DNA of 64,000 bases from Myxococcota bacterium (GTDB lineage: Bacteria > Myxococcota_A > UBA9160 > UBA6930), in assembly GCA_965223415.1 (NCBI GenBank), contig OZ245002.1, positions 128,001-192,000 on the forward strand, given 5' to 3'. Shown piece by piece: positions 20,145 to 28,525 of this stretch (its first letter is position 1; every line of letters begins with the position of its first letter). Below the pieces are notes generated by a model that worked only from the letters and a program-made list of their open reading frames with translations, was not told where the DNA came from and ran no database searches. A program made the position numbers and the translations under genes.

Positions 20145-20370
20145 GCGCTCCGGCGTACGTCACGGATCGGCAGCTCGCGGCGCAACCTGTAGGCGTGAAG
20201 CCTCGAGCGGGCCGCGCGACCCCTTCAACTCGGGTGTTCACTGGGCGACAGAAGTGACGGAAACCGTCGTCACCAGCGACGAAATCCGTCACCCGCCCGG
20301 GTGCAACACCCGCCGAGGCCACAGCCGTTGACACCCGCCGGAGGGGGGGTACGGTTGCGCCCCTTCTAGC

Positions 20371-20446
20371 GCTCCCTTCGTCTAGTGGCCTAGGACGCGG
20401 CCCTCTCAAGGCTGAAACACGGGTTCGACTCCCGTAGGGAGCGCCA
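20371..20446 (+). tRNA. tRNA-Glu (CTC)
   Basis: GCTCCCT/AGGGAGC acceptor stem, CGGCC-CT[CTC]AA-GGCTG anticodon arm, GGTTCGACTCC, CCA; TTGACA-N16-TACGGT upstream (20328-20355). Confidence 0.96.
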
Positions 20447-20501
20447 ACTGCTCCCCGCCACGCCGCGCCCGGACGCGGCGCCACCGGAAGGGCCCGTCGC
20501 C

Positions 20502-21110
20502 GTGCCGGACTTCGCCTTCGCCTTCCTCGACTGCGAGTTCGGCGGCCTGGATCCCGAGCAGCACGACATCACCGAGATCGGTGTGATCGTGACCGACTAC
20601 CGCCTCACCGAGCAGGGCGAGAAGGAATGGAAGGTGATCCCGCGGCCCGAGCGGGTCACGGCGGAGGCGGCGGCGATCTTCGACTACCAGCCCGAGGTGT
20701 GGAAGGCCGAAGGCGTGGGCGTCCGGCAGGCGCTGACCGAGGTGGCGGAACTGCTCCCGAAGGGCCGCGTGGTCGTGCCCGCCGGCCAGAACGTGCGCAT
20801 GGACGTGCTCTTCCTGCAGCGCGCCTACGAGAAGTGCGGCATCCCCTACCCCTTCGACTACCACGTCATCGACCTGGCGACCCTCTTCTACGCCTGGTCC
20901 CTGGTCGAGGGGGAGACGCTCCCCGCCCTCTCTCTTCGCCAGGCGGCGACGACGGCGGGCCTGGTGAAGGGGCCGGTGGCCCACCGCGCCCTGGCCGACG
21001 CGCGGCTCACCCTGGAGACGTTCCGCTACTACGTGGGCCGGCTGGCGCCCCGCCCGCTCCCGGACGAGCCGACGCCGCCGGCGGACGAGGCGGACAGCGC
21101 CTCGCCCTGA
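20502..21110 (+). CDS. DEDDh 3'-5' exonuclease
   Basis: FLDCEFGG (ExoI), GQNVRMD (ExoII), HRALAD (ExoIII). Confidence 0.85.
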   Translation: MPDFAFAFLDCEFGGLDPEQHDITEIGVIVTDYRLTEQGEKEWKVIPRPERVTAEAAAIFDYQPEVWKAEGVGVRQALTEVAELLPKGRVVVPAGQNVRMDVLFLQRAYEKCGIPYPFDYHVIDLATLFYAWSLVEGETLPALSLRQAATTAGLVKGPVAHRALADARLTLETFRYYVGRLAPRPLPDEPTPPADEADSASP

Positions 21111-21658
21111 CCCGGCCCGAGCTTGCGGCGCCACTTGCGGGCGGCGCGCCGGTCGAAGCGCGCCAGCAGGCGGGCCGGAAGGCCACCCGGGCGGAGCACC
21201 AGGGCGGAGCCGAAGTCGATCAGGATCGGGTGGCCGTCCTCCCCGAGCAGGACATTGCTGCGATGGCGCAGGTCGAGATGGACGACGCCGCGGGCGTGCA
21301 TGTCGGCCAGGGCCGCATCGAGGCGATCCGCGAAATCCGCCGGCACCTCCCCCCGTAGCCCCCGGCCCATCCGACGCCCGGGCCGGTACTCGACGGCGAA
21401 GGCGAGATCGTCGACGACGCCGAGGAAGGCCGGCACGCAGGGGTGACCCTCCAGGGCACGCCAGGCACGGGCCTCGCGGGCGGTCACCCAGCGACCGATC
21501 GTCGCGCGCACCCAGGCGCCGCGAGGCGCGAAATCCTTGACGACCTGGGACCGGCCGGCGAAGGCGACCCGGTAGACGTCCGGGTTCCGCCGGTTGCCCC
21601 GGTTCAGGAGCTCCCTCGGCAGGCGATCGAGCTCGGCACGGGTGGGGACGGAAGGCAC
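21029..21658 (-). CDS. RIO/Kdo-like small kinase
   Basis: VVKDF, REARA, MHARGVVHLDL, NVLL, LIDFG; 3' end overlaps the exonuclease gene. Confidence 0.8.
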   Translation of the reverse strand: MPSVPTRAELDRLPRELLNRGNRRNPDVYRVAFAGRSQVVKDFAPRGAWVRATIGRWVTAREARAWRALEGHPCVPAFLGVVDDLAFAVEYRPGRRMGRGLRGEVPADFADRLDAALADMHARGVVHLDLRHRSNVLLGEDGHPILIDFGSALVLRPGGLPARLLARFDRRAARKWRRKLGPGQGEALSASSAGGVGSSGSGRGASRPT

Positions 21659-21720
21659 GGCCGCGAGAGTATGGGCGCTGACGCGGCCTCGAGCTAGGAG
21701 CCTGACCCGAGACGGGGTGG

Positions 21721-22005
21721 CTACCGACCCTCGTCCCCGCCCCGGCCGTGGCGGGACTGGACCACCTGCCAGAGCTCCTTGCGCAGCTCTTCCTTGAAGA
21801 CCGGATCGGCCTGGTCGGGGCCCAGATCTCCCTCGAGGAACTCCTGCAGCTCCTCCATGGAGAACTCGGCTGCCAGCTGTCGGTTCACGTTCTGCTCCCG
21901 AAGGTCCTGTCGATCGGCGGTCCTGCGAGAGGGGCCACTCGAAGCACCCCGCCCGAAGCGCCGTCTCCAGCGCGCACGAAGCCGTGAGGCCAGACGCGGA
22001 ATCAA
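21721..22005 (-). CDS. Small hypothetical protein downstream of the ECF pair (94 aa from TTG 22005, or 55 aa from GTG 21888)
   Basis: Open frame ending ...FSMEELQEFLEGDLGPDQADPVFKEELRKELWQVV...; GC3-rich codons in the 3' half; TTG overlaps the sigma stop (TTGA). Confidence 0.6.
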   Translation of the reverse strand: MIPRLASRLRARWRRRFGRGASSGPSRRTADRQDLREQNVNRQLAAEFSMEELQEFLEGDLGPDQADPVFKEELRKELWQVVQSRHGRGGDEGR

Positions 22006-22709
22006 GTCACTCTCGTCGTCTCTTGTGCTTCCGCGTCCAGCAACAACTGCTTCACCCGATAGAGACCGGACCGGATGGCGTCTCCGGAACGGTCCGTACG
22101 CTCCGAGATCTCCCGGATCGTCAAATTGTGCACGTGGCGCAGAAAGAAGGCCTCCGCCTGCCAGCTCGAGACGCCTTGCAACCTCTCCTCGATGGCGCGG
22201 GCGTAGCGATCCATCTCGAGGTGATCCTCCGGCGTGCAGGTCCAGGTCGCCGAGTCCGACAACAACAGGTCGGGACCGGCCTGCTCGACCCGCTCGCCGT
22301 GGATGCGGTGGCGCCGCAGGTGGTTGTAGACGGTGTTCTTGGCGACACCGTAGACCCAGGCCAACGGCGCCGACCGGCCCGACCAGCCTTCCGCGGAACG
22401 GAAGACGACGGTGAAGGTCTCCTGGGTCAGCTCCTCGGCGTCCGCATGGTTGCGGACGCGCAGGTAGACGAAGCTGTAGATGCGCTGGAAGTAGCGATCG
22501 TAGAGCACGTTGAAGTGCTCCTCGCTCCCTCGGCACACCTCCTGGAAGAGCGCCTCGTCCGTCCAGGTGGAGGGCGAGCCAGGGTGGCGCCGCGCGCTGT
22601 CGCGCGTGTGCGAACGATCGACCAGGGCCAACGCGGACTCCTCGCGTTCGCCCTTCCCAGGTGATGCGATGGAGACCCGGTCTGGACCCCCATCCAGCGT
22701 CTCCGTCAA
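22002..22709 (-). CDS. ECF-family RNA polymerase sigma factor (second of pair)
   Basis: FNVLYDRYFQRIYSF...DAEELTQETF...WVYGVAKN; region 4 LTIREISERTDRSGDAIRSGLYR; start uncertain. Confidence 0.9.
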   Translation of the reverse strand: MTETLDGGPDRVSIASPGKGEREESALALVDRSHTRDSARRHPGSPSTWTDEALFQEVCRGSEEHFNVLYDRYFQRIYSFVYLRVRNHADAEELTQETFTVVFRSAEGWSGRSAPLAWVYGVAKNTVYNHLRRHRIHGERVEQAGPDLLLSDSATWTCTPEDHLEMDRYARAIEERLQGVSSWQAEAFFLRHVHNLTIREISERTDRSGDAIRSGLYRVKQLLLDAEAQETTRVT

Positions 22710-22766
22710 GGAAGTGGTCGGAGGAGGCCGTACGTGGCAGGAAAAAACCTGCGGACCCGAAGATAG

Positions 22767-22796
22767 GACACCCCTCGGGGAGTCCCGAGGGGTGTC
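22767..22796. repeat. 13-bp perfect inverted repeat (hairpin) between the two ECF genes
   Basis: GACACCCCTCGGG-GAGT-CCCGAGGGGTGTC. Confidence 0.7.
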
Positions 22797-22829
22797 GGCG
22801 AGACGAGATCCGGTGCGGTGGGAGCGCGC

Positions 22830-23528
22830 TCAGACCTGGAGGATCTGCTCCAGCCCCGGCGCCGCCTGGGCGATGGCCCGGCGCATCCGGTAGAGGTTGG
22901 CCTTCACCGCGTCCTCGGACTTCCCGAGGCTCCCGGCGATCGAGCGGATGGACTGCCGGCGCAGGTGCTTCAGGTGGAAGATGCGCCGCTGCAGGGGCGT
23001 GAGCTGCTCCTCGATCACCCTTTCGCAGTGGGCGAGCATGCGGCGGGCGTCGACGGCCCGGTCCGTGGGAGCCTCGGAGGCCGGGAGCTCCATCGCGGCC
23101 GGCGCGTCGAGGGATTCCAGCCGCGGACGAACGCCTCGGAAGCGCCGGTTCACCTTGTTGCGGGTGATTCCGAAGATCCAGACCAGCAGGCTCGAGTTGC
23201 CCGCGTAGGTATGCAGGGCCTTGAAGACGGTGACGAAGACCTCCTGGGTCACGTCCTCGGCCTCGCCGGAATCCCGCAGCCGCTTCAGGGCGAAGCGGTA
23301 GACGCGGGGGAAGTAGGCCTTGTACAGGAGGTCGAAGTGGGCACGGCTGCCGCCGAGAATCTCCTTGACCAGCTCCGCATCGCTCTCCCAGGGGGAGTCG
23401 TTGCGGCGGGACTTGCGGCGGGGCGGGGTAGCGGCCTTGGCGCGGCTCCCCACGCCCTTGGACGCAGCCGGCTCGCGCGAGCTGCGGGTGGACGGGGCGG
23501 CCGTGGGGCGGAGGGATCGGCTCAGCAC
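22830..23528 (-). CDS. ECF-family RNA polymerase sigma factor (first of pair)
   Basis: GTG at 23528 behind AGGGAG; FDLLYKAYFPRVYRF...EAEDVTQEVF...WIFGITRN; region 4 SIRSIAGSLGKSEDAVKANLYR. Confidence 0.9.
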   Translation of the reverse strand: MLSRSLRPTAAPSTRSSREPAASKGVGSRAKAATPPRRKSRRNDSPWESDAELVKEILGGSRAHFDLLYKAYFPRVYRFALKRLRDSGEAEDVTQEVFVTVFKALHTYAGNSSLLVWIFGITRNKVNRRFRGVRPRLESLDAPAAMELPASEAPTDRAVDARRMLAHCERVIEEQLTPLQRRIFHLKHLRRQSIRSIAGSLGKSEDAVKANLYRMRRAIAQAAPGLEQILQV

Positions 23529-23594
23529 GGATTCTCCCTGGCGGTTGGATGGCTCTCGAAGGTGGTGGGGGATCGGGATCCCGTGGGGCCTTAG

Positions 23595-23611
23595 AGCAAA
23601 CCCCGTGCCAC
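23595..23611 (-). promoter_or_regulatory. sigma54 promoter of the ECF operon
   Basis: GTGGCACGGGGTTTGCT, perfect -24/-12 consensus about 65 nt upstream of the start. Confidence 0.85.
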
Positions 23612-23708
23612 GGACCGAGAGTCGTGGGGGCAAGCACCCAACCATCTGAAATCACTGAGCTTTCCGCGCGGTCAGCGTCTCCCTGCGGGTATGAAACGCT
23701 GTGCTATG

Positions 23709-23726
23709 TGGGAACGCCCGTTCCCA
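23709..23726. promoter_or_regulatory. Palindromic candidate enhancer (EBP binding site)
   Basis: TGGGAACG-CC-CGTTCCCA, about 100 bp upstream of the sigma54 site. Confidence 0.55.
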
Positions 23727-23811
23727 TCGAGGGCCATTCGGAGGAATCGGGAGAAACGGATTCCACACCCTGTTTGGGGCCCCGGGGGACCTGGAGCGTG
23801 CGCAGGGACCG

Positions 23812-24315
23812 CTAGAGCTTGCCGGGGATGACCCACCAGGTGCCCTGCAGGCGCTCCCAGCGGTCCACCCGCTCAAGCTCGGTGGTGCCGCGCCGGAGGG
23901 GCAGGCCGTTGTCCCCGACCATGCGCGTGACCACCTCGGCCTCTCCCGGCCCGGCGAGACGGAACTCGACCACGTCCAGGGAGAGCGGCCGGTTGCGCTC
24001 GAAGTGGGCCTCGGTGAGCGCCTGGGCCAGACCGGCGTAGTAGTCGGAGAACGCGCCCTCGCTGCGGAAGAAGTCGCGGAGGCGCTCGTCGCGGTAGGTG
24101 CTGATGTCGTTGAAGCGGCGGTGGGCCAGATAGCCGTAGAACACGCTCGCCCGCTCGTAGAAGCCGACCACACTGGCGTCCTCGGCCACCACCAGGCCCT
24201 GGGCGAGGTCCGGCTGCGGGCCCGCCGCCGCCTCCCCGCCGAAAGGCCACAGGGCGCAGCCCGAGAGCCCGCTCGCCAACACCGCCACCGCCAGAGCCCG
24301 CATCCACCGCGTCAT
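23812..24315 (-). CDS. Hypothetical lipoprotein
   Basis: Lipobox LSGC after a hydrophobic stretch; ATG overlaps the ppdK stop. Confidence 0.75.
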   Translation of the reverse strand: MTRWMRALAVAVLASGLSGCALWPFGGEAAAGPQPDLAQGLVVAEDASVVGFYERASVFYGYLAHRRFNDISTYRDERLRDFFRSEGAFSDYYAGLAQALTEAHFERNRPLSLDVVEFRLAGPGEAEVVTRMVGDNGLPLRRGTTELERVDRWERLQGTWWVIPGKL

Positions 24316-27152
24316 CGCCCCCTCCTCTTCGCTCCGGTCGTCCGGGCCGCGGCCTGGGCGGCGGCCAGCCGGGCCACCGGCACCCGGAACGGTGAGCAGG
24401 AAACGTAGTCGAAGCCCAGGCTCGCGCAGAAGCCGATGCTCTTGGGGTCGCCTCCGTGCTCCCCGCAGATCCCGACCTTCAGGCCCGGGCGGGTCCGACG
24501 ACCGCCCTCGACCCCGATCCGCATCAGCCGCCCGATGCCCTCCTCGTCCACGGAGACGAAGGGATCGTCGGCGAGGATCCCCTGGTCGACGTACTCGGGA
24601 AGGAACTTCCCGGCGTCGTCCCGGGAGAGCGCGTAGCCGGTCTGGGTGAGGTCGTTCGTCCCGAAGGAGAAGAAGTCCGCGTGGCGGGCGATCTCGTCGG
24701 CGGTGAGTGCGGCGCGCGGCACCTCGATCATCGTGCCGATGGAGGGACGCACGCGCCGCTTCGCCCGGAGCTCCGGATGCGCCTCCAGCACCAGGGCCAC
24801 CTCCGCCTCGACCAACGCCCGCAGGCGCTCGAGCTCGCCCACATGGGCGATGAGCGGCAGCATGATCTCGGGCTTCACCTTCGTGCCTTCACCCGCGACC
24901 CGACACGCAGCCTCGGCGATCGCCCGCACCTGCATCCGGTAGATCTCCGGGAAGCTGATGCCGAGGCGGCAGCCCCGGTGGCCGAGCATCGGGTTGAACT
25001 CCTTGACCTCGTCCACCTTGGCCCGCAGCTCGGCGGCGGAGACGCCCAGGCCCTCGGCCACCTCCCGGATCTCATCGTCGGTGTGGGGCAGGAACTCGTG
25101 GAGCGGCGGGTCGAGCAGCCGAACGGTGACCGGCAGCCCGTCCATCACCCGAAAGATCCCCTCGAAATCGCTGCGCTGCATGGGCAGGAGCTTGGCGAGG
25201 GCCCGTTCCCGGGCGGCGCCGTCCTCGGCGAGGATCATCTCGCGCACGGCGAGGATGCGCTCGTGCTCGAAGAACATGTGCTCCGTCCGGCAGAGCCCGA
25301 TGCCCTCGGCGCCGAACTCCCGGGCCACGGCCGCGTCCTCGGGCGTGTCCGCGTTCGTGCGCACGCCCACGCGGCGCATGCGGTCGGCCCACCGCATCAG
25401 CTCGGCGAAGGCGCCGCCGAGGTGCGGCGTCACGGTCGGCACCTGTCCGCGCATCACCTCGCCGCTTCCGCCGTCGAGGGTGAGGAAATCGCCGGCGCGA
25501 AAGAGGTGGCCATCGATGCGCACCGCACCGTCCGGCGAAACGTGCAGGCTGCCGCAGCCGGCGACGCAGCACTTGCCCATACCGCGGGCCACCACCGCGG
25601 CGTGGGAGGTCATGCCGCCCCGGGCGGTCAGGATGCCCTCGGCGGCGTGCATCCCGTGGATGTCGTCGGGGGAGGTCTCGATCCGCACCAGGATGACCTT
25701 CTCCCCCGCCTTGGCGCGGGCTTCCGCGTCGTCGGCGGAGAGCACGATGCGCCCGACGGCGGCTCCCGGCGAAGCGGGCAGGCCGCGGGCCACCACGTCG
25801 CGCGGCGCGTCCGGGTCCAGCGTGGGATGCAGGAGCTGGTCCAGCGAGGAGGGCTCGATGCGCAGCACCGCCTCCTCCCGGCCGATCAGCCGCTCCCGGG
25901 CCATGTCCACCGCGATCCTCACCGCCGCCTGGGTGGTGCGCTTGCCGGTGCGGGTCTGCAGCATCCAGAGCTTGCCGTCCTGGATGGTGAACTCGATGTC
26001 CTGCATGTCCCGGTAGTGCTTCTCGAGCCGCTTGTAGATGCCCACCAGCTCCCGGTAGGCGCGAGGCATCTCCAGCTCGAGGGTCGGCAGGTGCTCCGAA
26101 TCGTCCTTCTTGCTCTCTTCGTTGATCGGCTGGGGCGTGCGGATGCCGGCGACCACGTCCTCGCCCTGGGCGTTCTTCAGGTACTCGCCGTAGAAGTGCT
26201 TCGCGCCGGTCGAGGGATCGCGGGTGAAGGCGACGCCGGTCGCACAGTCCTCGCCCATGTTCCCGAACACCATGGCCTGCACGTTCACCGCCGTGCCCCA
26301 TTCCTCGGGAATATCGTGGATGGCGCGGTAGCGGCGCGCGCGGTCGTTCTCCCAGGAGCGGAAGACCGCTCCGACAGCGCCCCAGAGCTGGTCCAGGGGA
26401 TCCTGGGGAAAGGGTCGACCCGTGTGCTCCTGGACGATCTCCAGGTAGTCCTTCACCAGGACGCGCCAGTCTTCGGCCTCGAGCTCCGTGTCCAGGTCGA
26501 CGTCCCGCGCGTCCTTCAGGGCCTCGAGCCGGTCTTCGAAGCGCTCGTGGGGGATGTCCTGGACGACGTCGCCGTACATCTGGATGAAGCGCCGGTAGCT
26601 GTCGTAGGCGAAGCGGGCGTCGGCCGCGGCGGCCAGGCCGACGACGGTCTCGTCGTTCAGCCCGAGATTCAGCACTGTGTCCATCATGCCCGGCATCGAG
26701 GCGCGGGCGCCGGAGCGGACCGAGACGAGGAGCGGCTCCGTGGCGGCCCCGAAGCGCCGGCCCATGGCGGACTCGACCTTCGAGAGCGCGGCCAGCGCGG
26801 CCTTGCGCACGTCGGCGGCCAGGCGGTGGCCGGCCCGGTTGTACTCGGCGCAGACGGCGGTGGAGATGGTGAAGCCGGGGGGGACCGGGACGCCCAGCCG
26901 GGTCATCTCCGCCAGGTTCGCGCCCTTGCCGCCGAGCAGCTCCTTCATGCCGGCCCGACCGTCGGCCTTCCCGTCGCCGAAGAAGAAGACCTTGCGGGTG
27001 GTCGAACGCTTGCGCGCGGTCTTCGGATCCTTGCGGCTCGCGGCCTTCTTGCGCGGCGCCGCCCTCTTCTTCTGGGCCCGCGCGGCGATGCCCTTCGTCC
27101 CCTTGCGGCGCGCCGGCCGCTCCCTGGAGGCGGCCTTCCTGCGGGCGGTCAA
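24312..27152 (-). CDS. ppdK: Pyruvate, phosphate dikinase with basic N-terminal extension
   Basis: LLGGKGANLAEM, LLVSVRSGA, GGMTSHAAVVARG, GLCRTEHMF, GICGEHGGDP; TTG at 27152 overlaps the GlyRS stop, GGAGG upstream. Confidence 0.96.
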   Translation of the reverse strand: MTARRKAASRERPARRKGTKGIAARAQKKRAAPRKKAASRKDPKTARKRSTTRKVFFFGDGKADGRAGMKELLGGKGANLAEMTRLGVPVPPGFTISTAVCAEYNRAGHRLAADVRKAALAALSKVESAMGRRFGAATEPLLVSVRSGARASMPGMMDTVLNLGLNDETVVGLAAAADARFAYDSYRRFIQMYGDVVQDIPHERFEDRLEALKDARDVDLDTELEAEDWRVLVKDYLEIVQEHTGRPFPQDPLDQLWGAVGAVFRSWENDRARRYRAIHDIPEEWGTAVNVQAMVFGNMGEDCATGVAFTRDPSTGAKHFYGEYLKNAQGEDVVAGIRTPQPINEESKKDDSEHLPTLELEMPRAYRELVGIYKRLEKHYRDMQDIEFTIQDGKLWMLQTRTGKRTTQAAVRIAVDMARERLIGREEAVLRIEPSSLDQLLHPTLDPDAPRDVVARGLPASPGAAVGRIVLSADDAEARAKAGEKVILVRIETSPDDIHGMHAAEGILTARGGMTSHAAVVARGMGKCCVAGCGSLHVSPDGAVRIDGHLFRAGDFLTLDGGSGEVMRGQVPTVTPHLGGAFAELMRWADRMRRVGVRTNADTPEDAAVAREFGAEGIGLCRTEHMFFEHERILAVREMILAEDGAARERALAKLLPMQRSDFEGIFRVMDGLPVTVRLLDPPLHEFLPHTDDEIREVAEGLGVSAAELRAKVDEVKEFNPMLGHRGCRLGISFPEIYRMQVRAIAEAACRVAGEGTKVKPEIMLPLIAHVGELERLRALVEAEVALVLEAHPELRAKRRVRPSIGTMIEVPRAALTADEIARHADFFSFGTNDLTQTGYALSRDDAGKFLPEYVDQGILADDPFVSVDEEGIGRLMRIGVEGGRRTRPGLKVGICGEHGGDPKSIGFCASLGFDYVSCSPFRVPVARLAAAQAAARTTGAKRRGR

Positions 27153-28525
27153 GGTGCGCCCTCCAGACGCTCCTCCAGGTAGGCGGCCAGGCCTTCCAGG
27201 GGAACGCGCTCCTGGGTCATGCCGTCGCGCTCCCGCACCGTCACCTGTCGGTCGTCCTCGGACTCGAAGTCGTAGGTCACGCACAGGGGCGTGCCAGCCT
27301 CGTCCATGCGCCGGTAGCGGCGGCCGATGTTTCCGGCGTCGTCGTAGAAGACGTTCCAGCGCCGGCGCAGATCGGCGGCAATGCGGCGGGCCGGCTCGGC
27401 GAGCTTCTTGCTGAGCGGGAGGACCGCCGCCTTGATGGGCGCCACCCGGGGCGAGAGACGCAGCACCGTGCGGGTGTCGCCTCCCTCGAGCTGCTCCTCG
27501 GCGTAGGCGGCGCAGAGGAGCGCCAGGGTCGTGCGATCCATGCCGACGGAGGTCTCCACCACGGCCGGGGTAAAGCGCTCCTTCGTCTCCTCGTCGGTGA
27601 CGGCGAGCTCCTTGCCCGCGAACTCGGTGTGCTGGGTGAGGTCGTAGGTGCCCCGGTCGTGGATGCCCTCGATCTCCTGCCAGCCGAACGGGAAGAGAAA
27701 CTCGATGTCGATGGCCCGCCGGCAGTAGTGGGCCAGCTCGTCGTCGGCGTGGGGCCGGGTGCGCAGGTTGGCCTCGGTGAAGCCCAGCTCCCGGTGGAAG
27801 CGCAGACGCTCCTCGCACCAGTGCTCGAACCACTCGGTGCTGCTGTCCGGGTGACAGAAGAACTCCATCTCCGCCTGCTCGAACTCGCGGCTTCGGAAGG
27901 TGAAGTTCCGCGGGTTGATCTCGTTCCGGAACGCCTTGCCGATCTGGCCGATGCCGAAGGGGATCTTCTGGCGGGCGACCTCCCGCACGCGGCGGAAGTC
28001 GGTGAAGATCGAGCCGCAGGTCTCGGCCCGCAGATACGCGGTGGCGGACGCGTCGGCCTGGGCGCCGATGTGCGTCTGCATCATCAGGTTGAACTCGCGG
28101 GCCTCGGTGAGATCGCAGTCGCTGAGATTGCGCTTCTTCGGCGCCTCGGGGCAGGGCTGATCGAGCTGATCCGCACGGAAGCGGCGCTTGCACGTCCGGC
28201 AGTCGACCATCGGGTCGCTGAAGTGCTCGACGTGACCGGAGGCCTCCCAGGTGCGCGGGTGCGTGATGATTGCGCTGTCGATGCCCTCGACGTCGTCGCG
28301 CTCCCGCACCGTGCGCTGCCACCAGAAGGCCTTGAGGTTGTTCTTGAGCTCGACACCGAGGGGGCCGTAGTCCCAGAAGCCGTTGATGCCGCCATAGATC
28401 TCGCCGGACTGGAAAATGAAGCCGCGTCGCGCGCAGAGGGAGACGACCTCTTCCATGCGCACCCTGGCGTCGGGCTCCCCTGCTTCGTTCGGGCGGTGCG
28501 GGCTCTCGGGGTTCTGGGCGCTCAT
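27149..28525 (-). CDS. glyQS: Glycine--tRNA ligase, homodimeric (alpha2) type
   Basis: RRGFIFQSGEIYGG...DYGPLG, YLRAET, GKAFRNEI, FRSREFEQAEMEFF, NIGRRYRRMDEAGTP. Confidence 0.95.
   Translation of the reverse strand: MSAQNPESPHRPNEAGEPDARVRMEEVVSLCARRGFIFQSGEIYGGINGFWDYGPLGVELKNNLKAFWWQRTVRERDDVEGIDSAIITHPRTWEASGHVEHFSDPMVDCRTCKRRFRADQLDQPCPEAPKKRNLSDCDLTEAREFNLMMQTHIGAQADASATAYLRAETCGSIFTDFRRVREVARQKIPFGIGQIGKAFRNEINPRNFTFRSREFEQAEMEFFCHPDSSTEWFEHWCEERLRFHRELGFTEANLRTRPHADDELAHYCRRAIDIEFLFPFGWQEIEGIHDRGTYDLTQHTEFAGKELAVTDEETKERFTPAVVETSVGMDRTTLALLCAAYAEEQLEGGDTRTVLRLSPRVAPIKAAVLPLSKKLAEPARRIAADLRRRWNVFYDDAGNIGRRYRRMDEAGTPLCVTYDFESEDDRQVTVRERDGMTQERVPLEGLAAYLEERLEGAP

Noticed and set aside
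21029..23528. RIO-like kinase as a phospho-activator of the ECF pair
   Set aside because: Both sigmas retain the acidic DAED-type motif (EAED, DAEE) that kinase-dependent ECFs lack, and the kinase appears to have its own promoter.
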